Positions 49,574 through 58,536 of a stretch of 64,000 nucleotides of DNA are shown here, piece by piece (within the stretch, counting starts at the first letter, position 1; each line of letters begins with the position of its first letter). The position numbers and the translations under genes are program-made. This stretch comes from Ignavibacteriales bacterium (GTDB lineage Bacteria; Bacteroidota; Ignavibacteria; UBA10030): contig JAPLFR010000015.1 in the NCBI GenBank assembly GCA_026390575.1, forward strand, positions 107,101-171,100. Reading direction: 5' to 3'. A model generated the notes under the pieces. It saw only the letters and a program-made list of their open reading frames with translations. It was not told where the DNA came from and searched no databases.

Positions 49574-49801
49574 ATGCCAACATATGAATTTCATTGTAAA
49601 GAATGTGGGTACACATTTGAGTCTTTCTTGACAGTTGCGGATAAGGAACGAAAGGACCGCGAAGCTTCTATCACATGCGAAAAGTGTGGAAGCAGTAAGA
49701 TTGAACAGGTATTCGGTGGCTTTTCAATCCTCACTGGTTCTCAGGTGAATCAAAAGACCGGTGGTGGTTCAAGCTGCTGTAGTGGCGGGAATTGTTGCTG
49801 A
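49574..49801 (+). CDS. FmdB-family zinc-ribbon protein with Cys-rich tail (…GGGSSCCSGGNCC)
   Basis: MPTYEFHCKECGY…CEKCG zinc ribbon (two CxxC pairs). C-terminal Gly/Ser linker, then CC…CC. RBS AGAGGA. Confidence 0.7.
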   Translation: MPTYEFHCKECGYTFESFLTVADKERKDREASITCEKCGSSKIEQVFGGFSILTGSQVNQKTGGGSSCCSGGNCC

Positions 49802-49808
49802 GTGCGAA

Positions 49809-50111
49809 ATGGCGACAGTCCACATTTTTGGTTTGCCGATGAAAGCATGCGATCCAGCCAAAACGTGGAAAGCAGCGGCAGACCTGATTGGCCGCCGGCT
49901 TGCATCGAGGTATGGAGAGAATGTCCGCACGGTGTATGTTGAATTATATTCACCGGAATCGTTCAAGTTTGAGAATATTATGAATTTGCTCAAGGAAGGT
50001 CAGGCTCCTCCTTTTGTAACTGTCGATGGTAAGCTCATTCAGAATGGCGGTAAACTTTCAGAGCGTACTATTGCACAAGAGCTTGAACGAATACTTACAG
50101 CCGAAGAGTAA
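49809..50111 (+). CDS. Hypothetical thioredoxin-fold protein, ArsD-like/DUF with a single N-terminal Cys (…GLPMKACDP…)
   Basis: About 100 aa. C-terminal half …PPFVTVDGKLIQNGGKLSERTIAQEL resembles the ArsD/glutaredoxin-like fold pattern (…LPLLLLDGE…G.YP…EL). Start taken at ATG 49809; the ORF extends upstream to 49761. Confidence 0.45.
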   Translation: MATVHIFGLPMKACDPAKTWKAAADLIGRRLASRYGENVRTVYVELYSPESFKFENIMNLLKEGQAPPFVTVDGKLIQNGGKLSERTIAQELERILTAEE

Positions 50112-50138
50112 ATGATAAAAGATGGAGATCAATACAGT

Positions 50139-50540
50139 ATGCATACGACTGAAAAGCAGAAGGAAGTAAGCACAATAGATATTAATAATGCTGCGCTTAA
50201 ACTTGGCAATGCCATTGTTGAAACGGCAGAGTATCAAGCATATAGTGATGCAGAAAAACGTTTCCAGAACGACCTCCAAGCTCAGGCATTGCTTAAAAAA
50301 CATGAGGAAGCTCAGCAAGCGCTTCAATTGATGTGGCGATTAAAAAGTTCAACCGAAGAGGCAATGCAGCAGGTCAGACAAATAAAGAAATTAATCGAGT
50401 CAAATCAGACGCTCACGGCATATTTTGCTGCTCAGGAAAATCTAGTTCCATTGCTCAGAGAATTGAATGAATTTATCAGCGAAAAGCTCAATATGGATTT
50501 TTCCGGATTGTCCAAACCCCAGCGTGGGTGCTGTGGATAG
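50139..50540 (+). CDS. YlbF/YmcA-like (UPF0342) helical protein ending in …RGCCG
   Basis: Helical about 130-aa protein. Pattern …A..L…AI…AEYQAY…A…F resembles the Com_YlbF family. C-terminal CCG. Start uncertain (50112 or 50139). Confidence 0.5.
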   Translation: MHTTEKQKEVSTIDINNAALKLGNAIVETAEYQAYSDAEKRFQNDLQAQALLKKHEEAQQALQLMWRLKSSTEEAMQQVRQIKKLIESNQTLTAYFAAQENLVPLLRELNEFISEKLNMDFSGLSKPQRGCCG

Positions 50541-50548
50541 AAGAGGAG

Positions 50549-50926
50549 ATGACAATGTTAAATACACAACTTCAAACTGATGCCGAACTGTTTGTGAATG
50601 CTCTGATAAATTCCCACGAGATGAAAGCCTTTGTGAAAGCGAAAGCTGAATTTCAAGGAAATCCTGAATTGCGCGAAGTCCGGAAGCAGTTCGGTGAGAA
50701 ACAGACCATGGCCCAATCAAAGCAATCTCATGGAACAATTACACAAGAAGAAATTGACGATGTGCGCGCACTTCAAAAAAAACTCAACTCGCACCCTGTC
50801 ACATCGACCTATACTCAAACACGTCAAGTAATGGTGAACCGATTGCATGAATGCAACGATGTACTGAGTAAAATATTGAGATTTGATTTTGCCTCTGCAG
50901 CTGCGCCACCATCGTGCTGTGGATAG
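50549..50926 (+). CDS. YlbF/YmcA-like (UPF0342) helical protein, paralog, ending in …PSCCG
   Basis: Same architecture as 50139-50540 (…FVNALINSHEMKAFVKAKAEF…). C-terminal SCCG. Start uncertain (50528, 50549 or 50555). Confidence 0.5.
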   Translation: MTMLNTQLQTDAELFVNALINSHEMKAFVKAKAEFQGNPELREVRKQFGEKQTMAQSKQSHGTITQEEIDDVRALQKKLNSHPVTSTYTQTRQVMVNRLHECNDVLSKILRFDFASAAAPPSCCG

Positions 50927-50961
50927 GAGTAGCTAATGTTTGATTATGAAAACAATATTAA

Positions 50962-51798
50962 ATGGAGAATCAACTGATGGTACGTTACTTGAATTCTAAA
51001 AACATTGGATCAATAATGATCGTCTTTGCCCTAGTCACCATTTTAATCTGTATGAGTGATTCTGCTAATTCACAAACGGCAAATCGTTCAAAAACTCAAA
51101 AGCAGACAATGGGGAAAAGTTCTTCTGCACCCGAATCAGCAAATAAGGCAATTGCACAGGCTCAGCAAAATGGCGATTACCTGTATATAATGTTTTATGA
51201 AAAGAAAGACGATTCTTACCAAGAAATGCGGAAGACCGTTCAGGCCTTCGTAAAAAAATCGGTCAAACCGATAAAGACTTATGAAGCCATGACAACTGAT
51301 AGCAAGGAATCGGATGTGATTCAAAAATATGGCATTAATCAAGCGCCACTTCCCATTCTCCTTGTATTCGCACCCAACGGTGCGATAACGGGCGGCTTCC
51401 CTCAAAAAGCCACGGAGAAACAGCTTACAGATTGTATGGTCCCAAATTTGATTATGAATATTTTAAAAACAGTTCAGTCAGGTAAAATCGCATTAATATT
51501 GCTTCAGAATAAGAATACAACGTTAAATACCGAAGTGGAAAATGTCGCTGTAGAATTCTCTAAAGATACACGTGTCGCTGGCTATGTGGATATCATTAAG
51601 CAGGATCCGAGTGAGGGTAATATAAAAGACTTTCTCACGCAGTGTAAAGTAGAGAACACATCAACAGAAGCCTCTACCGTTATGATTGTCCCGCCGAATA
51701 AAATTGGCGGTGTATTTAAGGGAAAAATAACCAAGGAAACTCTTATTGCTGGTTTAGCCTCGTGTTCCGGTGGTAGTTGCTGTGGTTCCAAGAAGTAG
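50962..51798 (+). CDS. Membrane-anchored protein with two tandem thioredoxin-like (non-CxxC) domains and tail …CSGGSCCGSKK
   Basis: N-terminal signal anchor (IGSIMIVFALVTILICMS). Internal duplication of about 90 aa (…YLYIMFYEKKDD…LPILLVFAPNGAITGGFP… / …IALILLQNKNT…TVMIVPPNKIGGVFKG…). C-terminal Cys tail. Confidence 0.6.
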   Translation: MENQLMVRYLNSKNIGSIMIVFALVTILICMSDSANSQTANRSKTQKQTMGKSSSAPESANKAIAQAQQNGDYLYIMFYEKKDDSYQEMRKTVQAFVKKSVKPIKTYEAMTTDSKESDVIQKYGINQAPLPILLVFAPNGAITGGFPQKATEKQLTDCMVPNLIMNILKTVQSGKIALILLQNKNTTLNTEVENVAVEFSKDTRVAGYVDIIKQDPSEGNIKDFLTQCKVENTSTEASTVMIVPPNKIGGVFKGKITKETLIAGLASCSGGSCCGSKK

Positions 51799-51810
51799 GA
51801 AGAGTAAAAA

Positions 51811-53028
51811 ATGAAAATAAGAAAATTAGTTTTTAAGGAAACATTTCAACGCGGAAACCAATTAGTAACCAGTTTAACTGCGATTACACTTGGCATTGCT
51901 GTTATTGTAGGCATCAAGAACATTAGCGTCTATTCAGAAAAAGCGGTATCGAGAGAATTGGATGCTCTGGGGGCTAATGTTCTCATCCTGCCTAAATCAG
52001 CGACGGTACAGGATTACTACAGTGCCGATTTTCAGGAAGAAGAAATTCCGGAAAGCTATGTGGACGTTTTAATCAATTCGGATATTCAAGGTCTTGATAA
52101 TCTCTCTCCTAAACTGAGCGTTCCGGTCGAAGTCAATGGACAGAAAACAGTCCTTACAGGAATTATGCCGAAAAATGAATTTAAGTCGAAGGCCACTTGG
52201 CAGGGAGCTTTGGGAGTTTTTTCCAGACCGGAAGGATGCGGAACCGTTCCAAATATCCCCGGCCTGACTGACTCTAAGAAAACTCAGGTGCGAAAACGTG
52301 TGATCGAAGATTTATCAGGGAATGCTGTTCTGGTAGGCTGCGATATTGCACAAAAGCTAAAACTGCAAGAAGGAGATTCCCTTCGCATATTAAAACAAAC
52401 ATTCTTTGTCAATGCAGTGCTGCCAGTAACCGGCACAGTGGATGACAACAGAATCTTTGCACATCTCCACACTGTTCAAAATCTGAATAACCGCAAGTCT
52501 GCTTTAAATGTCATTGAAATCGTAGGTTGCTGTTCTGAGATTTCCAAAGGACTTATTCAAAAACTGAACAAACTGTTGCCCGATGCCAAAGTTGTTACTA
52601 TTACGCAAATCGTAAGCACGCAAATCAATACCAATAATATGATGAATAATTTATCTCTTCTTTTGCTGATTATTATTGTCATCATTGGCGGTGCCACCAT
52701 CGCAAATTATATGTTTGCAAATGTGTATGAACGACGGCGCGAAATAGGCATTCTCATGGCTATGGGAGCAACGCCGGGTTGGATCGTCAAACTATTTTTA
52801 CTCAAATCCCTTCTCATAGGTCTTGCAGGCGGAATTATCGGATACATTGTGGGAACACTCATTGCAGTTGTCCTGGGGCCGAGGCTGGCGGATATTCCAG
52901 TGCTTCCTATACCAATGCTAGCCGTGTATGGGATCCTTGTTTCAATACTCGTTTCTCTCATCGCGAGTATTTTACCGATAATCAGGGCGACCAAAGTAGA
53001 TCCACATGTCATTATGCAAGAGGATTGA
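51811..53028 (+). CDS. ABC transporter permease, FtsX/MacB/DevC family, with vicinal Cys (VGCCSEI) in the periplasmic domain
   Basis: 405 aa. TM1, large periplasmic domain, C-terminal 3-TM FtsX domain. Paralog of 650-1867. Confidence 0.85.
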   Translation: MKIRKLVFKETFQRGNQLVTSLTAITLGIAVIVGIKNISVYSEKAVSRELDALGANVLILPKSATVQDYYSADFQEEEIPESYVDVLINSDIQGLDNLSPKLSVPVEVNGQKTVLTGIMPKNEFKSKATWQGALGVFSRPEGCGTVPNIPGLTDSKKTQVRKRVIEDLSGNAVLVGCDIAQKLKLQEGDSLRILKQTFFVNAVLPVTGTVDDNRIFAHLHTVQNLNNRKSALNVIEIVGCCSEISKGLIQKLNKLLPDAKVVTITQIVSTQINTNNMMNNLSLLLLIIIVIIGGATIANYMFANVYERRREIGILMAMGATPGWIVKLFLLKSLLIGLAGGIIGYIVGTLIAVVLGPRLADIPVLPIPMLAVYGILVSILVSLIASILPIIRATKVDPHVIMQED

Positions 53029-53032
53029 TTTC

Positions 53033-53695
53033 ATGATAAAAGTCGAAAATATCAATAAGGTTTTTACGGGCAGGCATACAAAGGTTCAAGCGCTGAAGAA
53101 TATCTCACTTGAAATTAAAGAAGGTGAATTCTTGAGCATTATCGGCCCAAGTGGTTCCGGAAAAAGCACACTGCTCCTCACGCTGGGAGGCATGAGTTCG
53201 CCAACGTCTGGAAAAGTATTCTGGAAGAACGATCCTATCTATGAGTGGAAGTTAAATAAACGAGCAGATTGGCGCGCACAAAACATTGGTTTTGTGTTTC
53301 AAACGTTTAATTTGCTGCCGTATTTGAATGTTTATGACAACGTTCAAATATCTTTGAGCTTGTCTGCTCCAAATGGCAGGAATGGAAAAGATATCCTAAG
53401 CATTTTGAATCGGATGGGTTTGTCGGAACGTCTCGAACATCTTCCAAGCGAATTGAGCGTGGGACAACAACAGCGCGTCGCTTTGGCAAGGGCGCTGGTA
53501 AAAAATCCGCATTTAATATTGGCGGATGAACCTACAGGTAATCTTGATCCAGGTACAGCTTCCGAAATAATAAATATTCTTAAAGAAGTGAATAAAAAAG
53601 GAAAGACCGTTGTCCTGGTTACACATGATCCAAACTTGGCAAACCTATCAGACCGGTCTGTCAAAATCGTTGATGGAGAGATACGCTCTGTTTAA
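53033..53695 (+). CDS. ABC transporter ATP-binding protein, MacB/LolD family
   Basis: Walker A GPSGSGKST, signature LSVGQQQRVALARAL, Walker [12 protein letters not shown]. Start taken at MIKVENI (ATG 53033), just after the permease stop. Confidence 0.85.
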   Translation: MIKVENINKVFTGRHTKVQALKNISLEIKEGEFLSIIGPSGSGKSTLLLTLGGMSSPTSGKVFWKNDPIYEWKLNKRADWRAQNIGFVFQTFNLLPYLNVYDNVQISLSLSAPNGRNGKDILSILNRMGLSERLEHLPSELSVGQQQRVALARALVKNPHLILADEPTGNLDPGTASEIINILKEVNKKGKTVVLVTHDPNLANLSDRSVKIVDGEIRSV

Positions 53696-53720
53696 TTTAC
53701 GCTGAAAGGATGCATGAATT

Positions 53721-54062
53721 ATGGCACAGCAAAAAGTTAAAACATTTTATGGATATGACAGAGAACTTTCGTCATTAGCGAAAAGTCTCTCACATCCTGC
53801 GCGGGTAGCAATTTTGTTGCAGCTCGCCAGTGTTAAAGGGTGTAGCTGTGCAAATTTTGTTGAAGCACTTCCTCTTGCTCAGGCAACAGTATCGCAGCAT
53901 TTATCGGTTTTAGTCAAATTAAATCTTGTGATCCGAGAACAGAAGGGAACAATGTCTTGTTATTCAATCAACACGGAGAAGCTGGAACGGCTTTCAAAGC
54001 TTGTTCAGGATTTTCTCTCGTGTATGAAGGGTGGTTTTCGAATCCAAAATTGCTGTAAATAG
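53721..54062 (+). CDS. arsR: ArsR/SmtB-family metalloregulator (copy 4) ending …QNCCK
   Basis: LSHPARVAILLQL…GCSCANFVEALPLAQATVSQHL HTH. Precedes arsD-arsA. Confidence 0.8.
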   Translation: MAQQKVKTFYGYDRELSSLAKSLSHPARVAILLQLASVKGCSCANFVEALPLAQATVSQHLSVLVKLNLVIREQKGTMSCYSINTEKLERLSKLVQDFLSCMKGGFRIQNCCK

Positions 54063-54086
54063 TATGAGATGTTAGGAGAATGAAAT

Positions 54087-54422
54087 ATGACAATGCAACA
54101 AATTAAATTAATTCAAATCGAAATCTTTGATCCGCCCATGTGCTGCCCAAGCGGATTATGCGGGCCGGATATTGATCCTGCACTGCTGGATATTAGTGAA
54201 GCAATATTAAAAATTAAAAAAGAATATGATGGAAAAGTGCACATAGAAAGATATTTACTCAGCCAGCAAGGGCAGAAGTTTATGCAGCAGCCGGAAGTCA
54301 TGAAACGTCTCCAAACAAACGGTGTTGAGATACTTCCGATTACTCTCATGAATGGCAAGGTAGTAAAAGAAAAATCATATCCATCGTATGATGAGTTTAT
54401 GAAATTTGTAAAAGATAAATAA
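54087..54422 (+). CDS. arsD: Arsenical resistance metallochaperone/repressor ArsD
   Basis: N-terminal IFDPPMCCPSGLCG (ArsD Cys12-Cys13-Cys18 motif) and thioredoxin-like fold. RBS AGGAG. Confidence 0.85.
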   Translation: MTMQQIKLIQIEIFDPPMCCPSGLCGPDIDPALLDISEAILKIKKEYDGKVHIERYLLSQQGQKFMQQPEVMKRLQTNGVEILPITLMNGKVVKEKSYPSYDEFMKFVKDK

Positions 54423-54456
54423 TAAAACATAATTCGAATGAATCTGATATCATAAA

Positions 54457-56307
54457 ATGAATAACACAAAATATATTTTCTTCAGCGGTAAAGGTGGCGT
54501 AGGTAAAACAACGATGGCTTGTGCAACAGCCGTTCACTATGCAAATGAAGGTAAAAGAACCTTAATAGTTACGACCGATCCGGCGAGTAATCTGGCCGAT
54601 GTCTTTGAAACAGAGATTGGACATAAAATTACACCCTTGATGAATAATCTTTGGGGAATGGAAATTGACCCGGATAAAGCGACTGAAGAATATCGCGAAA
54701 GAATACTCTCGCCCATGCGAGCCGTTATGCCCGAAAGCGTCATGGTGGTCTTGGAGGAGCAATTTAATTCTCCATGCACAACGGAAATTGCCTCATTCGA
54801 TCGATTCGTCGATTTCATGGTCGCTGAAAAAGAGGGCAAAGGCGAGAAGTATGACGCGGTCATTTTTGACACTGCACCTACCGGACATACAATCCGCCTT
54901 CTTGAATTACCTGTGGATTGGAGCAAGCACATCGAAGAAAGCGCAAAAGGTGAGGGCAATACTTGCATCGGTCCCGTTGCCTCTATCCAGGAAAACAAAG
55001 TGAAGTATGATGAAGCTACTCGACTTCTCGGTGATGCAAAGAGAACGACCTTTATGTTTGTTCTACAGCCTGAAGAAACGTCCGTCTACGAGACAAAACG
55101 ATCATCAAATGAATTAAAGGAAATCGGTGTTAAAAATGTTGAATTGATTATTAATGGTATACTCCCGAAGGCAGTATGCGAGCATCCGTTCTTCAAGAGC
55201 AGATATGAAATGCAGCAGAAGTATATGAAAATCATTCAGTCCGATTTTCCGCTGAAGATCAGAAAAATGTATCAGCGCGACGGTGAGATTAAAGGCCTGG
55301 AAAGAATACTAAATATTGAGCGGGACTTATTTGCCAATTCCACTGATCAGACCTACTCCCTCGGTAATGGCGAATTGGTAAAAACACACTTCAAAGAATT
55401 TGAAGCAGATTCAATTGACGAAATAATTAAGCCAAACGGCAAAACCAAATCAATATTCTTCACGGGAAAGGGTGGAGTCGGGAAAACTGTAATTTCTGTG
55501 GCGACAGCGTATAAATTCGCATCAGAAGGCCACAAGACCCTTCTTTTAACCACCGATCCGGCTTCGCATATTGGCGAAGTGCTCGAACAGCATATCACTG
55601 ACAAAATTCAAAAGGTGGAGGGCGTTCCCCATCTTTGGTCTGTCATCGTAGACCAGGAAAAAGCGACGATAGAATACAAGCAAAGGATTATTGAAGAATC
55701 AAAATCCAAGTATTCTGAAGATATGATGATAGCCATTAAAGAAGAACTGGAATCCCCTTGTACGGAAGAAATGGCGGCATTCGATAAATTTATGAGCTAT
55801 GTGGAAAGTGATGAGTATGACTTTGTTATTTTCGATACAGCTCCAACCGGACATACTCTGCGATTACTTGAACTTCCATTTGATTATAGCGATCAGGTCA
55901 GCCTGATGGTGACGACGAATCAAAAAAGTCAGGATGCGAAATCAGTCACTCAAAAAAGGTTTGATAAAGTTATCGCAAGGATGAAAGATTCCGAACGGTC
56001 CATATTCTCATTTGTTGTCTATCCGGAATCAACGCCGGTCGTTGAGGCCTACCGCGCAATGCTTGATTTGAAAGAAGCCGGGATTCAAACTCAGTTCATT
56101 GTTGCGAATCAAGTGCTTGATCCGGAATACTGCACAAATAAATATTTCATCAAAAGAAGAATAATGCAGGAAAAATACCTTGCAGAAATAAAGGAAAGGT
56201 TTCGATTGCCGGTTACCGTGATGCCCCTTCTGGAATCGGAAATAAAAGGTATTGCAATGATTCAAAAGGCATCGGATTTGCTATTCAGGAACAATGTCCT
56301 AGCGTAG
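54457..56307 (+). CDS. arsA: Arsenite-transporting ATPase ArsA (tandem A1-A2 halves)
   Basis: Two P-loops (GKGGVGKTTMA and GKGGVGKTVIS), two DTAPTGHT signature motifs, and conserved Cys (…EGNTCIGP…). Confidence 0.95.
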   Translation: MNNTKYIFFSGKGGVGKTTMACATAVHYANEGKRTLIVTTDPASNLADVFETEIGHKITPLMNNLWGMEIDPDKATEEYRERILSPMRAVMPESVMVVLEEQFNSPCTTEIASFDRFVDFMVAEKEGKGEKYDAVIFDTAPTGHTIRLLELPVDWSKHIEESAKGEGNTCIGPVASIQENKVKYDEATRLLGDAKRTTFMFVLQPEETSVYETKRSSNELKEIGVKNVELIINGILPKAVCEHPFFKSRYEMQQKYMKIIQSDFPLKIRKMYQRDGEIKGLERILNIERDLFANSTDQTYSLGNGELVKTHFKEFEADSIDEIIKPNGKTKSIFFTGKGGVGKTVISVATAYKFASEGHKTLLLTTDPASHIGEVLEQHITDKIQKVEGVPHLWSVIVDQEKATIEYKQRIIEESKSKYSEDMMIAIKEELESPCTEEMAAFDKFMSYVESDEYDFVIFDTAPTGHTLRLLELPFDYSDQVSLMVTTNQKSQDAKSVTQKRFDKVIARMKDSERSIFSFVVYPESTPVVEAYRAMLDLKEAGIQTQFIVANQVLDPEYCTNKYFIKRRIMQEKYLAEIKERFRLPVTVMPLLESEIKGIAMIQKASDLLFRNNVLA

Positions 56308-56357
56308 CGTATAAATGCTGACTCAAGTTTAGTAAACATAATAAGGTTGGAAATAAA

Positions 56358-56780
56358 ATGAAAATACTCATTCTCTGTACCGGTAATTCTTGCCGAAGCC
56401 AGATAGCGGAGGGATTCCTCAAGTCATTCGATCCAAACTTGGAGGTATATTCTGCCGGCACGAACCCCGCGCAAAAGGTTCATCCCAAAGCGATTCAAGT
56501 GATGAAAGAAGTTGGCATCGATCTCTCATCGCACAAAACCAAACTCGTGGATCAATTTCTAAACGATTCTTTTGATTATGTGATAACGGTATGCGATCAC
56601 GCAAAAGAAACCTGTCCAGTTTTCATCGGCAAAGTCACACATCGTCTGCATATGGGATTCGACGATCCCGCAGTAGCAACCGGAACAGAAGAGGAAGTTC
56701 TTTCTGTATTCAGAAAAGTACGCGACCAAATAAAACATAATTTCAACTCTTTTTATACTAAAAATCTAAAAACGAATTAA
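56358..56780 (+). CDS. arsC: Arsenate reductase ArsC, LMW-PTPase type (second copy)
   Basis: [21 protein letters not shown]-loop, and [10 protein letters not shown]. Confidence 0.85.
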   Translation: MKILILCTGNSCRSQIAEGFLKSFDPNLEVYSAGTNPAQKVHPKAIQVMKEVGIDLSSHKTKLVDQFLNDSFDYVITVCDHAKETCPVFIGKVTHRLHMGFDDPAVATGTEEEVLSVFRKVRDQIKHNFNSFYTKNLKTN

Positions 56781-56791
56781 GGGCTATCGCA

Positions 56792-57838
56792 ATGGAACAA
56801 GTATCGAAAAGGTTATCATTCATTGACAGGTATCTGACCCTGTGGATATTCATTACAATGTTTTTGGGGGTAGCAGCCGGATCTATCTTCCCCGACATTG
56901 CTGGTTTCTGGGATTCGTTAAGCTCCGGCACAACAAACATCCCCATTGCAATCGGATTAATTCTCATGATGTATCCTCCGCTTGCAAAAGTGAAATATGA
57001 AGAACTGCCTGTCGTCTTCAAAAATGTGAAACTGCTTTCATTATCATTAATCCAAAACTGGATTGTCGGTCCGTTGGTTATGTTTATTCTTGCACTTGTG
57101 TTCTTGCCTGATAAACCAGAGATGATGATTGGTGTCATTCTCGTAGGACTTGCGCGTTGCATTGCCATGGTACTGGTGTGGAATGATCTGGCAAAAGGCG
57201 ATTCTGAGCTTGCCGCCGGGCTTGTTGCCTTCAACGCTATCTTTCAAGTATTTCTCTATTCAGTATATGCCTACTTTTTTATCACCGTATTACCACCGCT
57301 TTTTGGATTCAAAGGAGCACTTGTAGAAATATCTATTAGGGAAATTGCTGTTACTGTTCTTATCTATCTTGGCATACCATTCTTTGGCGGAATGATAACC
57401 CGCGCAAGCCTGATTAAGATTAAAGATAAAGAATGGTATCACAAAACATTTGTCCCGAAAATTTCGATTCTTACTCCCATTGCATTGCTCTTTACCATTT
57501 TTGTGATGTTCTCGCTCAAAGGTGAAAAGATTGTCGAATTGCCGCTTGATGTCGTAAGAGTTGCTATCCCATACTTGTTTTATTTTGCCGGTATGTTTTT
57601 TATTACTTTCTTTATTGCAAAGAAGATGGGAGCTGGTTATGAAAAATCAACAACTACGGCATTTACCGCCGGCAGTAATGATTTTGAATTAGCCATTGCT
57701 GTGGCCGTTTCGGTGTTCGGAATAAATTCACAAGCAGCATTTGCAACCGTGATTGGTCCCTTGGTGGAAGTGCCCGCGCTTATAGGGCTGGTAAATGTTG
57801 CACTGAGGTTTAGGAAAAAATACTTTGCAGTACAATAA
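56792..57838 (+). CDS. acr3: ACR3-family arsenite efflux transporter
   Basis: 10-TM BART-superfamily protein. N-terminus [20 protein letters not shown] and conserved Cys in TM4 (…[12 protein letters not shown]…). Confidence 0.9.
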   Translation: MEQVSKRLSFIDRYLTLWIFITMFLGVAAGSIFPDIAGFWDSLSSGTTNIPIAIGLILMMYPPLAKVKYEELPVVFKNVKLLSLSLIQNWIVGPLVMFILALVFLPDKPEMMIGVILVGLARCIAMVLVWNDLAKGDSELAAGLVAFNAIFQVFLYSVYAYFFITVLPPLFGFKGALVEISIREIAVTVLIYLGIPFFGGMITRASLIKIKDKEWYHKTFVPKISILTPIALLFTIFVMFSLKGEKIVELPLDVVRVAIPYLFYFAGMFFITFFIAKKMGAGYEKSTTTAFTAGSNDFELAIAVAVSVFGINSQAAFATVIGPLVEVPALIGLVNVALRFRKKYFAVQ

Positions 57839-57915
57839 ATTGCTCAATTATCACTCAATCTGGATCAATGACGGGGAGTAGTATAGTACTCGATATTTCC
57901 ATATCTTTTAAGTAT

Positions 57916-58536
57916 ATGAAAATAGAACAAATTCAGAATGTTGATAACGAATCGGAACTGGTTCAGAAAGCGCAAAATGGAGATCAACGCGCGTTTTCAT
58001 TGCTGGTAAAGAAATACGAATCAACTGTCTATAGCTTTGCCTACAAAGTGTGTCGCAATGAAGAAAAGGCTGAAGAGACTCTTCAAGATACATTTGTGAA
58101 TGTTTATCGGAAACTTGATCAGTTCAATGGAAAGGCGAAGTTCAGTACGTGGCTTTATCAGATCGTTACGAATAATTGTCTGATGAAGAGAAGAAAAACT
58201 AAGCTGGACAAATCATCTGTTTCAATTGAATCTCCAGAGAACGCACAGGAAGATTCAGAACTTCAAGGCGATGGAGCACCGCTTCAGACACTTGTTTCGT
58301 TAACACAGACGCCGCAGGATGAAGTGGTGAACAAGGAACTCCGTGAGCTTCTCGACACTGCTATTCTGAAATTACCAATGGAACAGCGGATTGTTTTCAT
58401 TTTGCGCGATGTTGAAGGACGATCTTCGGAAGAAGCTGCCAAAATTCTCAAGGTTTCTATTCCGGCAATAAAATCCAGGCTTCGTCGTGCACGCGTGTTC
58501 TTACGCGAGCAATTACAGGAGTATATGGAAGTATGA
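57916..58536 (+). CDS. RNA polymerase ECF-type sigma-70 factor
   Basis: Sigma region 2 (…LVQKAQNGDQRAFSLLVKKYES…FSTWLYQIVTNNC) and region 4 (…EQRIVFILRDVEGRSSEEAAKIL…). Confidence 0.8.
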   Translation: MKIEQIQNVDNESELVQKAQNGDQRAFSLLVKKYESTVYSFAYKVCRNEEKAEETLQDTFVNVYRKLDQFNGKAKFSTWLYQIVTNNCLMKRRKTKLDKSSVSIESPENAQEDSELQGDGAPLQTLVSLTQTPQDEVVNKELRELLDTAILKLPMEQRIVFILRDVEGRSSEEAAKILKVSIPAIKSRLRRARVFLREQLQEYMEV

